Part shown: piece after piece, positions 11,846 to 23,341 of the stretch
Position numbering within the stretch: position 1 is the stretch's first letter
Layout of the letters: every line of letters begins with the position of its first letter
DNA from: Phoronis australis
Lineage: Eukaryota; Animalia; Phoronida
NCBI GenBank assembly: GCA_002633005.1
Contig: NMRA01000049.1
Coordinates: 124,001-188,000, forward strand
Direction of reading: 5' to 3'
Length of the DNA stretch: 64,000 nucleotides
The notes under the pieces: generated by a model
What the model was told of the DNA's origin: nothing
Database searches by the model: none
Seen by the model: the letters and a program-made list of their open reading frames with translations, nothing else
Translations under genes and position numbers: made by a program

Positions 11846-14139
11846 CTGAAAAAATCAAACGCATTCACTTATGTTGTAGGCTAAATCTCACTTAGAAATA
11901 ATGAAAAAGCGATGAAATGTAATTAATAATCAACCCATCAACTAATTCAGGCTCCGTATTATTCTAAAAGTACTGACATAAAGCGTAACTTGAACGACTA
12001 TTCAGGCTAATGCAGAGAAAAACTGTGCGTTCACGATCGCTTTTTTGCGTTCACGATCGCCATAGAGCATTAACGACATCGTTCCTGATCGCGCCTCACA
12101 CAAGGACCTGCTTGAATTAGTAAATATTTCAAATTATTTCACAAATCATAACTAACAAAGGTGTCACCTGGGACGATTAAACTATAAACGTCACACGTCT
12201 AATAACGAGTAGAAATTGTCGATTTTACGAGGCGCAAGGCATTTTACCGAGCGCCAATGCTTTCTGAGCTCTTTATTTTAAAACATTAAGCCAAGTATTA
12301 TTTCAGATCCACAACAAAGGTTACACTCTGACGCTTTTCTGTGTGTAGCATTCGTACCAATGTGGCCTCTATTTAAGCAGAAAATGACACTTAAATTCAC
12401 CGGGTACGTCACTGTCGTCTACCATTTTTGGTGCAAGGTCTCGTTCTCGATCGCCTTCCGGGCGTTCTCGATCGCGGGTTGGCCGGGGTGGTCTATGCCA
12501 AACGAGTTAAGTTTTATGTTTGGCTATAGGCTTTGAATTCTTTCATTTTCGGCAGATTTTTTGAATGCTTCACCCAGACTGTTCACGTGGCGGATCACAT
12601 CCTATATGTATGTATTTTCGCGTTATGATATATGTTTTCTATGGTAGAAGAAACAGTTTTAAATGAAACAATTCATTACTTGAAAAGAGATAATCAAGAT
12701 GAAAACAATATTAACTGTGCATTAAACTTTTAACATTTCCTGAAAACAATTAAATAACAAAAATATTTTACATACTGGTTACCGAGAAATCGGCGCCTGA
12801 GTTGCAGACGATACAACACTGAGCAAACAAAAATTGAGACAGAAGTGTTATATAATTAACAGTTATGTACCAGACCTGATTGCATGTTAAGTGTTATTCA
12901 TACTGCTGCAACTTTATTACCTTAAACTATTCTGCAAAAGTTTGACGATCAGAGGAAACTCCTAAAGTAGTTCCAGGAGTGCATTAATACGGAAAACAAT
13001 ACAACATGGCCTTTTGCGCTCACACTTATTCAATATGAAAGAATATAATGTAAGCATGACTGAAGAATGTAACTGCATCAAACGGCAACAAAGGTGCAAC
13101 TAATGTATGAAGACTGTGATTTTGAATGAGTGCCTGACTAAATTCTTTATATTAACAGCCATTGTAAGGATCAGCATTCTAAAATCTTGTCTTTGTCTGG
13201 TAGCAATCTTTTGAATTATTAAAACTACCTGTATTTAGCTGTTGATGTAAATGGTCATTTTGCCTCTCAAGACTCACGTCCTTTTTGTTACTCGTACACC
13301 CCAACTTAATTGGCAATGCAAATCAAATATTTGACTAATTGTTTAATTAATGAGACAAATAGTGCATGAAGAGTTTTATTGTTACGCACTGTTGCTTTTC
13401 GCGTTTTGAGAACATTCTTGGTTTTTACAATCAAAAATATTTTTAAACCAGTCAGGTATTGTTAAACTGTTGATCTATTGTCTCCAGTGTAATCATACAC
13501 CATCAAGAGCTATTGAAGGGCTTTCTAATGATATGACTCTATTGTAATTTGGTTGAAAAACTACGGAATTGCGAAAAGTTTTAGTGACTGTAAAAGCTTC
13601 ACTTGCGCTGAAATTTATATCTGCTATCGTAGGTACACGATATTGGTGTCGTATTAGAACGCAGGTGGGTATATTGTAATATCTACGCCACTCTCGGTTC
13701 GTTTTGTGTTTATATTTTCCCGCATCTTTGGAAACCTGAAATTTGTGGAGAACCATGCAGCGCATGCGCAATGCTTGGCGTTTTATTGCAAACTGTTGAG
13801 TGAATCCTAGGCTAATGTGTCATTTTCGGTGGAATTTTGATAAATACTGGAAAGGGACAGTTTAATGATTGAAAAAAGTTACATAATGAATGATTTTTAA
13901 AATCTGAATTAAAAACGTTTTGAATGATTATGTAAAAACTAAATTTGCCATTGTCCAGCGAATACAACGCTTAATTCTTAGACTTCAAATGTGTATTACA
14001 CCAAATTTACGGACTAGAAAAACTGGTTGCATAAAAATACTTACGGTCTATTATGGTGGCCACGCCTACTCACGGCAACGCAAATAAAAACCAATTGAGG
14101 GCTAAAAATCTAGATAGAACGAACAAATCTCACTGAAAC

Positions 14140-14397
14140 ATGAAAACAACACTGTATGTATTAATATTTGCCCTGCTCTGTGCTAGTCAAGTTAGCACGC
14201 AGTGGTATGGATTTGCGTGGCCTGGCCGTGAAGCCAAAAATGCACTACGACCAAAACGTCATCAACCACTGGCGCTGCCCAAAAAAAGTGTACAGCTGAA
14301 ACCATCAGCAATTTTCGACACCTACCGAAGACGTCTACGGCAGCCGACCATGTTGGGTGATCGTCCACAGGAAGTGTACAAGCCCTCTGGCATGTAA
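14140..14397 (+). CDS. 85-aa signal-peptide ORF; exon 1 of the decayed paralog of the mucin-CBM14-LU gene
   Basis: MKTTLYVLIFALLCASQVST resembles MKTALSALLLGLFCASRVSS at 24883; GFAWP vs GFPWP and RQPTMLGD vs RWPPILGE; same GCAT|GTAAG donor but out of phase, so the frame stops at TAA inside the donor. Confidence 0.55.
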   Translation: MKTTLYVLIFALLCASQVSTQWYGFAWPGREAKNALRPKRHQPLALPKKSVQLKPSAIFDTYRRRLRQPTMLGDRPQEVYKPSGM

Positions 14398-14544
14398 GAT
14401 TTTTGTTTCACCATCAGATTTTTATGTTAACTCCTATTAGGATGAAAGAAATGACAGAATTTAGATTTTCGCTTAAGCACGCGTATAAAATTATACCCAA
14501 TCAAATAGCTGGTACACATGCTGGCTAAGACGCTAGCGTTTTCG

Positions 14545-14990
14545 GGAGCATTAAAGTGACATGAAACGCGAAAGATCGTCAAAAATATCTTTTAAACAAT
14601 TCCTGACAAAAGTACCATCTTGCAAAGTCTAGCACAGAGTAATTCACTTCCCCTGTACGGAAGTTCTAAAAAAATTACAAAATTCACAATTTTTGACTCC
14701 CTCACACCTCTGGTAAATGCACGCATGCACTCACAGTCAGTTGCTTGAAGTCGTTTGAGTTCAAAGGTAACGTTTTCCATGTAAGGGAAATGCGCTACAT
14801 CTATGTCTTGTCATGCCAAATAAGGAGACGTGCTTTGCCTTGTGGGAGAAAAAGTGAGCAGATGACAGGTCGTTTTTTGATATTTGAAACTAAATGAAAA
14901 TTCTTTAATATCAACAGAAATAAAAAAGTCTTTACGACCAAAAATATCTCGTGAGCAGGTTGAATTCTATTTCAGTGTCAGTTGCAAGTT
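14545..14990 (+). repeat. dispersed repeat (inverted copy at ~30890-31375)
   Basis: AAAAGTACCATCTTGCAAAGTCTAGCACAGAGTAATTCACTT matches the reverse complement of AAGTGAATTACTCTGTACTAGACTTGTGAGATGGTACTTT at ~31278-31317. Confidence 0.7.
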
Positions 14991-15819
14991 TGTCTGTTTA
15001 TCGAGTTCCAGGCCTCTTTAACAGCAGAAACGTCAGTAATGCGAACGGTAGCAAAGGTCACTTTGAGGGACCCCACAGCTACTGTAGTTATTACTAGCTA
15101 GCACTGTCGTAACCAAACTGCGCAATGGTAAAAGGCCTTTAATTTATCATCACAACAATCAATTTATCAAAATCAAAATATGTATGATACCATAGTTATC
15201 ATCACGTACGGAATATAAGAAACATTTATTTCATGTTTCATATTTCAAAATGAATTGAACCTTGGAACTAGAAACGTGCAAACGCATTCACACGGTTTGT
15301 AATCAAATGCATCGATTTAAATAGAAAAAATCAACGAAATATTGACCATTACGATTGAATCTTGGACCTGGAGGCTGGTGCACGTACTGTATATCAAACG
15401 AGCATTCATGATGATACAAATTTGGGAGATACACTCAAAATCGGGTCCCATGACTTGAAAACAATGAAAGATGATTCTAATAAAGACGAGACGCAAATTT
15501 TCCAATGAACAGTTTCAGTCTAGAGTTTCTTCGCAGGTATAATTTTATTAAGATCGCGCTCTTCGTAATTGGTGCATAGACATTTCCATTCACGCACTGT
15601 GATTACTGAACTCAGGCCAAGGAACACAAAAGTTTCATCACAATCACACCTTATATTGTCTTGAGAACAAAATACCCATTACATACATTTCTAATACAAG
15701 GACAGTGCAGTGTAACCAATCAAAACTACATCGTCAGTGACCAAAACAACAACGTCAGGGCCGAGGTAAATCATTGTACGTGTGGTGATTTTGCGTTTAA
15801 TTTGCAGCTAAACTCACAC

Positions 15820-16945
15820 GCGAGTTTCTCGTTAGTCAATGTGACGTCACCGGAAAAGGGGCAAAACCCGCCATGTTGCTCTTGTTTTGCCCCGAGTCTT
15901 TGCTACACACGCTAAATCTTACTGGAGTTCTTATGGTGAATTTCACGCTTAAAGCCTTAACAACTTAAGAGATGGTAGATGGATCGTGGAATAACTGTGA
16001 ATGGACGAAGAAAATGTGAACTTGTTATGCTGAGCGAAGCTGTGAACGGACTGAAATTGGAACTCAACCCGGTCAAGGCCTGAATGTCGCAGGCATACAG
16101 GACCGATAGTGTATCCCCATAAGAAGTTACTCACTTCAAAATACAGCAAATAAAATGAAATGTAACATATATATGTGCACAGGGAGCTATAATTAACACA
16201 TACCCTGACTCTGGACACAATTTAGTCTGCAGATAACTTGAACATATCCATGAAACTCGGGGTTGGCTCGTGTAACGTTTCTCTGACTGGGCGCCATTTT
16301 GAGGAAGTTACGCGAAATCACGCCTGTTGACGAACAAAAAGGCCAAGGGACACAAATCTTACAAATTTCACTTAATATTTGCTTATGCTATTTTGCAAGT
16401 GTCACTCGCCAGGTCTCGCACTTCGCTTAGTCTCGCGCTAAACTTTGCCTCACACTCACCTGACTCAGATGAAATACTTTTTGGTTATCGCGCGCGCGGT
16501 CAAAGTTAACAGTAACCACAAAGTGGAGTTAGAATTCTTCGCCAAAGTCACCTGGATTCCTGTAGCTATGCTTCATCGAAGATATGTCTAGAAACAGAAA
16601 GAATCACTGAAGAAAGTAAGCGCCATTCTAGGTGATAATTTTACGTGTAGAATGTAGTTTTGACGAGGTGAAAACTTAACCAGTGAGCGGATTTCGCCCT
16701 GCCGCCCGTTTAAAATACACGGGATGAAATTAGTACAGAACACGATATAACGTATTGTAGGGCGAATCTGAATTTCATTTGCCATAACAGCAATGCTTGT
16801 TTGGCATTTTTCAAACTAAACGGCTAAAAACACGAAGAAAATAACAGAATACATTCTGCTACCGTATTGGGCAAATGGCCAAACGACAAGCTTTTGCCCC
16901 ACTTCCCGTGACGTCACAGTTAAGTCTCACTTAATCTCGCGTTAT
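15820..16945. mobile_element. old element with long inverted ends
   Basis: TGTGACGTCACCGGAAAAGGGGCAAAA (15840) vs TTTTGCCCCACTTCCCGTGACGTCACA (~16892-16918); true termini uncertain. Confidence 0.4.
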
Positions 16946-17559
16946 TGTTATAAACTCGCAAAAGGACTAATATGAAGTAACAGATGAAATCACAACCTCA
17001 AANAATAACGAATTAAACAGGGTCTTCCAAATTGGCACATATGCTTGAAACTCAATTGAACCATAAAATAATCCCCGTTATGTTACACTATCGCAATATC
17101 AAGGTACAAGAAGCGTATGTACCGTATGAGGAAGTCGTATGTGTTATTCTGACGTCACGCATATTTGGCAGTTGTCTAGTGACAAAATGTTTGAACAAAT
17201 TGTTTTTAAAAATAGCGTGTAACGCTTCAGATAACGGGTTTACAGCTATTTGTAAGTGAGTTTTTTGATTTCCGACAGTTAAATACTATATAAATATACT
17301 TGGGCATATTCTTAATGAAGTAGTGAAAATACATAAAATACATACATGCGTATGGTAAGGTTATGGACAACGCTTTCGACAGCGATGAGTAACAGTGAGA
17401 AGTGGTGCTAACAAATGAATTCTGCTTCGAACTCGGTACAAACGGCTATATTTACACGTTTTTCGTTTTTTCCGTTATATAGGTAGATTCATTCGCATTG
17501 CAGTGATCGTGACAAGGCATCTAATTTTCCAACGATGTCAGAAAAAAGAATAACAGCAC

Positions 17560-17860
17560 AGAGTAAGCCCAAAATGCAAGCTGTGCAATTACAAATAAGA
17601 TGCTAAAATTTCCCATTCCGTATAAATGTTCAGGATGAAATCTCAAAAATTATTTTACAGTTTTCTAAATAATCATTTCATTTTCGTTTTATGCAATTTT
17701 TAAATTTTTATATAAAAGTCATGAACGTCCTGTATTGAAAGCCTCAAATGCAACTTAAAAACAATTCCTAAAGGCGTTTTTAGAACAGTACATGAATCAT
17801 AATGTCTGAAATTTTCATAGGATCTTATTTAGCCATTTTTGAGATCAGGCGTTCCAATGA
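17560..17860 (+). repeat. dispersed AT-rich repeat (second copy ~23860-24170)
   Basis: GATGAAATCTCA..TTCTAAAT.ATCATTT..TTTTCGTTT.ATGCAA shared at 17634 and 23931. Confidence 0.55.
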
Positions 17861-19482
17861 TCATTTTTTGGGCTCTACGCGCAGAGTTAGTTATTCAACA
17901 CGCAGAAATGGTCATTCGTCGAAGTCTAAGGTTTGCTTTTCGAAGATTGTTGTTTCCTATTTCTATAATAAAAGTACTATTGACTCTTTGAAGAAGAAAT
18001 AAATTTTAAATAATAATATACATCAAAATTTCGGTTACGTTTAACTTTCGCTAAGGGATCGACGGCATTCATTGCACTTCGGAAACAGCACATAAACTAA
18101 CTTAATCCAAGAGATGGTCGCTTGTTAACCTGACAACTCTAATAGTTGTCCTTTATCCTAACCCTAAGATTCTTTAAGCACCCCTATCCCAATAGATAGA
18201 TTGAAACTCCTTTACTCGAAATTGGGGAGCCTTCATTTGAACTAAACAAATTACACCCGGTTCGAAGCGAGAAACAACACAGGAACAAAGTAACTTTTGA
18301 ATAAAGTCGTCATCGCTCAGTACATATTTACAAATCAGATCACAAATTTCTTTGTTACACAACTAATACACTCGTACTTTTCTTCATATACCAGACAACA
18401 AACGCAGAAAAACCTCCTATTTTAACAATTTTAGACTGAAGTTATTTGGGTGTATCAGGTCAACTTTCGCAAGATACCTCGGACGCAAACGTGAATAACT
18501 GTAGAGGTCTGCGTGCATGCACAGAAACCAATAGACTGTTACAGAGGCCTTATACAACGGTAAAAGCCGCATTTCATGATTGATGAACAGTCTTCTCCAA
18601 ATTTGATTGTGCTCGTTCAGTTGTGTTACGAATATCATAGATCCAATTCGTTGTTATTGAAAAATCAGTTTTACTGCTCTAAAAACAGAAAAGAAAATTC
18701 CGATGACCAGACTGCTATTTTAGGCTTCGTTTGTTTCAGTCTCGGTCATCAAAAATAGCTCAAGCAAAATAGCGTCCCCGGCCAACAACATCAACCAAAA
18801 AAAATGTAATTAAAATTCCAGCTAAAACGTTTTGTTATAGGTTGACGTAGGGAATTTCATTTTTGCGACCGGTAGAAATTTGACTTGACAACCCTAATAG
18901 TTTTCGTTTATGCTCGCAGAGTTCCTCAACTCTCGGTCGCTGTTAGCGAACTAAAATCTGCTTTTTTGCGATGGCGGTCCTTACCTCAAGTTCTGCAAAT
19001 CAGCACAGTTTCCACCGGTATTTTCCAGTGCTGTGATATACACAGGAAATGTTTCTATTACTATTTACAGTCCAGGAGCTAAGGCACGAAGATAGACCAA
19101 GAAAACTAAGAAATACATCGAAGCTTAAACGACGCACTACTGCAAAACTGTTGGCAAACTCGACCCATCCTGTCAATATTTTTTTTACACTCGCGTTGTG
19201 TTGTGAGCCGGTACAACGGAATGAAAAGAATCGGATGATCAAACTGAACTGAGTTGAGCTGTCTCAAACACGCAATGTGAACTCAAGGTTTAACTTTATT
19301 ATTTTCATGTTGATTGAATCTCTCGACCTACTTTATTACGATCATTGTCAATTTTCAGCGCATCATTTGTCGTGTCAAATATTGTTTGCGACTTGACACT
19401 GACTGGTTTTCTTTTCAAGGAGCAAAAGCCAAGCATGACCGAAAACGTGTTGTGTAAATCATAATATGTCACATGTGATACC

Positions 19483-19634
19483 CACGGGCGGCGCAGCCCT
19501 GAACAAAGTGGAGGGGTTAAAGCCCCCTCAGCCCCCCTGTGGTGCACCGCCTATAGACCACGTGCGGCGTAGCACTGAAAAAAGTGGGAAGCGGGGCTAT
19601 AGCCCCCCCAGCCCCCCATGGTGCGCCGCCCATG
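19483..19634. repeat. head-to-tail dimer of a ~75-bp GC-rich MITE-like unit
   Basis: Two units of CAC.GCGGCG.AGC.CTGAA.AAAGTGG..GGGG.TA.AGCCCCC.CAGCCCCCC.TGGTGC.CCGCC. Confidence 0.6.
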
Positions 19635-22070
19635 ATATCTTGTAAGCTCGCTAAATGTCGCAAGTCTAAACAGTTATTGAGGGACTGGGACGCGTGCGTC
19701 CAGGAATTGTTTCAATTTTTGTATTCCCAGACGGAATTGTTTCCGACAAATTTTTGATATTTTTGCATGGGTCTGTTTTAACTTGTGTACTTTACAAACT
19801 GAAAATTCTTATAAATTTTGAAATACAACTTTACTGGTTATTCAACACTTTCACAGATAATCTTAATCGGCGTGGGTACCCTGCTTGGCATAACAAAAAG
19901 CCGAAACACACGGCAACAAGACTTTGCCGCAATGATGCAAAAAAAGTTCATATGGAATAAGTCGGTTATCCTACGTATGGTAAGGTGGGGCAAGACGCCC
20001 AGGGAGGGTAAAATGCCTACTAAAATTAAAGTAAAACGAAGCCCCATCTCACGGCGTCCTTTTGGGTGAACATCCAGTGACACCTAGCGTACCTCTGGAC
20101 GAGACACCGAAGCACACGATCAAACGGTAAGTGGGCAAGAAGGTCTGCCTCAGAGAAACAAAAAGTGCGAAGAAGTAGAAAACGAGACAAAGCTTTACTA
20201 AAAAGGATTTACTATCACAATTCATAGCTCTGAACGTATCCCGTTTTTTTCCCTTTTTAAGTAAAAGGTCCACAGTCTCAGAAAATCGAGCCCCCCAAAT
20301 TATAGGCTGGGTGAGCGCATGCAACATAGCTGCAAACCAGTGTTTCATAAAACCGAAAATTTTGTGTTTCCTCGGTCGCTCAGCGCTACCTGATGACTCA
20401 TCGCGCGCTTTTGTCCCGGCCACCGGGTGGAGAGACCGTCTCGCCCACGGCGCGTTGGTGTTGGCATACTAAGGAAGGTGCACTGTGTCCCGCAAAGTAT
20501 TTCAAGCGCTCGAACGGGAGTTGGCATTCCCGAAGTTTCAATTACAATCCATAAACACGCTACTCTCTGTTTCAGAAATTGATTGGTTAACTTCAAGGAT
20601 GTGCTATGCCCCATGGTCAGCTGGAGATCATCCATGCGACACATCAAACAACTGTAAACTATCCAACGGAAACAATATCGCTTGAGTGACGGACACCTAT
20701 GCAGCAATAAAAACACTGAAATTTGTACTTAATTTTGGACAATTGTCAAAACTAAAGGGAAGTAAAGCAAGCCTGCTGTGATGTTTTCAGCAGTTATAAA
20801 CACAGAATGAGTTTCCGTCAATCCCGAAAGACATCACCAAAATAGGAACATTTCAAACATCACATTCCAGACGACCTTAATATGTTGTATGGCGTTTTTA
20901 CGCGAAGTGTAAACGGAAACTTACGATCTCTCATGAGTTCTGGCAAAAGTCTCTGTTGAACCATCGGTGTAAAAACGCCGTAGGAAGTTAAGGAATTTTA
21001 GTGAAACATGAAGACTTTTGTAAGTACACACATTTTTTTAGGTCACCGACACCCAAAAACGAATGTGACTCCTTAATTCGGAAATTGCAAGTGAAACTTG
21101 CTGGTGAATTAACAAAAATAAATTATCAGTATTGAAGGCACCGGAAGGAAGAAATCGGTACAGGCATCACTGATGTTGTGTTCAACTTAGGCTCGAATGG
21201 ACGTGCTATATTTAAATGTAAGTTTCGTTACAAGAAGACCACAATTAGACCGTGACTGACATCGAACCATTCGCTTTCTATGTATGACGTCATTTTGAAA
21301 TTTTGGACCCAGTCAAGTAAAATCAAATTGACAAATATGAAAACAATATTAGTAATCTGGCCGGACTTACCGTATTAAATTATTAAGCACTTCGAAAATT
21401 AGTACCTGGACATGGATCCGGTCAGTCATAATCATTTCCAAACTTCCCGAGAGCATACAAAGAATACAACCGTTGTCGGAGCACGCCCATTAATCCTCCA
21501 AACACATACCTTTATAAAAATTCCAATTGCTAAATTGTCCCCATGGACATCTCAACCAGATAAAAATCCAAGACATGCAAAATTTTGGAACTTGTGGTGT
21601 GACTGGAGATATTTACTCACATGTTTGGGTTCAAATGGCGTCACGATAGCGACAGATACGTCATCACTAAACATTCGAATTTCCTGCCATTTGCCGAGGT
21701 GAAAACAAACTTAGCTTCGACGTGAAAATGGCGCTTGCCGAGCTATAGTTTAGCCTGTTCGATTGTTCTAGCGTTCGCTTGTCCACTACATAATATGTCT
21801 TTTAAAGGCGAAGGCAACCTTTTTTCATGTCATTTTGAGCTAAAATAAGGTTGGTTGGTTATCCTAGACATATTTTCCACTTAATTACAGCTTTTCGTAA
21901 TTTTGTTAATTACTCGTCCGCTACTCCGGAAGTGACGTTTTAGGAGGCAAGCATTTCGCGCTAATTTCTTTTCATATAATGTGACTGTGAGAGATGCCGA
22001 GTCAGTCATTGTTCTACCTCGGTTGTGTTAAGTTACGTCGTCGTTTGCTTTGAATTACTAGTCAGTCAAC

Positions 22071-22860
22071 ATGCCACGCTGTTGCTGCGTACCGGGATGT
22101 ACTAATTATCGTCTCACGCGCGCTTTGGGAGTACCTTAGCATCGCTTTCCGATGGATGACACACTTCGCCGTAGTTGGCTCGTTCGCGTGAAGAACGCAG
22201 CGTTACCCGTCCACGCAACGTACAGAGCAGTCGAGAATTACCGTGTGTGTGGCATGCACTTTCTGCCGTCCGATTACGAAAGGGATTTGTATGCTGAACT
22301 GATGAAGGTCCCTGCGAAACAACGCCTGAAGAAGGATGCCATTCCGTCTGTGTTGATTCCGGCAGTGCCCCGTCGCCACCCCCGAGAAGTGCGTTTTTGA
22401 AGAGAGAAGCCTCGCGAGCTGTGGCCAGTACAGTGACTGGAGCCAGTGGAGGCACTTCATCCACTGTCACCCGTGCTTCCGAACGTACCCCAGAGCGTGC
22501 CATTCCTGGAACCAGTAGTGATTCACCCTGTTCTGTTTTCTCCAGCCCAGAGCCTCTAAGCAGCCCTGCAGCAATATTGAGTAGTGGGAGTGATTACAGG
22601 CACAGTTGGACACCCAGTGAAGAGGACAGTTCGTCGTCCACTGAACAGATCGGTGAGCCAAACTTTGATCAGTTTATTGTGGACTTGTCTAAAGTGTTGG
22701 AGCTATTTAGAAGGTGCCAAGTGTGTGACGATGGAGTCACACGACACGATGTAAGCAGTTTGGGTGCTCGGGTCACCATCCAGTGGAAGTGTGTCGCAGG
22801 ACACTCTGGCAAGTGGGACAGTTGTTCCTCTGTCCGTGGTATGCCGGAGGTCCACTTAAC
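22071..22860 (+). pseudogene. Kolobok transposase N-terminal fragment (THAP domain plus Zn motif)
   Basis: MPRCCCVPGCTN...*HRFP...W...RVCGMHFLPSDY...LKKDAIPSV (THAP C2CH and AVPT-like motif); in-frame TAG at 22137; frameshift near 22385; then FIVDLSKVLELFRRCQVC...CVAGHSGKWDS. Confidence 0.85.
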
Positions 22861-23064
22861 CGTGTCCAGTAGTGGCTTGGCTTCGTCGAACTCTGAACAG
22901 CACAAGCATTCCATTGAGGTAGGCATAACAACGCACACAGTGCATTTGCACCAAGATGTGTCACCACGTCTGTCCTCAGTAGCCGCCTCGTTTCTCTCAA
23001 CAGCTGCCTGTGCCTGTGCGTACTCTGCCTCGTTATACTCGGGCTCAAACATGTACCCACCCAC
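22860..23064 (-). pseudogene. KolX N-terminal fragment (Cys-rich, P2X7 ballast-like)
   Basis: GYMFEPEY...RRGDTSWCKCTVCVVMPTSMECLCCSE, the PYxFEP / WCxCxxC / ECxCC signature. Confidence 0.8.
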
Positions 23065-23088
23065 TGAATGTCCGTGAAAAAATTCCTC

Positions 23089-23341
23089 NNNNNNNNNNNN
23101 NNNNNNNNNNNNNNNNNNNNNNNNNNNNNNNNNNNNNNNNNNNNNNNNNNNNNNNNNNNNNNNNNNNNNNNNNNNNNNNNNNNNNNNNNNNNNNNNNNNN
23201 NNNNNNNNNNNNNNNNNNNNNNNNNNNNNNNNNNNNNNNNNNNNNNNNNNNNNNNNNNNNNNNNNNNNNNNNNNNNNNNNNNNNNNNNNNNNNNNNNNNN
23301 NNNNNNNNNNNNNNNNNNNNNNNNNNNNNNNNNNNNNNNNN
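23089..23341. other. assembly gap (N run)
   Basis: 253 Ns; a second gap at 26978-27053 and single Ns at 17003 and 42779. Confidence 0.99.

Larger units (their letters stand above)
14140..20732 (+). pseudogene. decayed tandem paralog of the secreted mucin-CBM14-LU gene
   Basis: Exon 1 (14140-14393), micro-exon remnant (~15024-15056, RNVSNANGSKG vs QSVRSANSCKG) and frameshifted last exon (20576-20732, IDWLTS..PWSAGD..DTSNNCKL..DGHLCSN..EICT) match the 24883-33994 gene; the 3' UTR at 20760-20870 matches 34015-34130. Confidence 0.8.
21806..23088 (+). mobile_element. internally deleted Kolobok transposon (right end lost in N gap)
   Basis: TTAA 21802-21805 then AGGCGAAGGCAACC; THAP-transposase 5' part on + joined at ~22860 to a convergent KolX 5' part on -. 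Confidence 0.85.

Noticed and set aside
15970-16110. Thrombospondin-like exon (VDGSWNNCEWT..TCYAERSC)
   Set aside because: In-frame stop, weak motif, no clean splice sites, and it lies inside a probable old element.
18474-18506. Another copy of the 33-nt micro-exon (TSDANVNNCRG)
   Set aside because: Length and a few residues fit, but splice sites are weak and no CBM14-like exon follows.
22669-23064. P2X7 receptor-like host gene
   Set aside because: Only the Cys-rich ballast-like motif is present, convergent with a THAP transposase behind a TTAA-flanked terminus; it is KolX.
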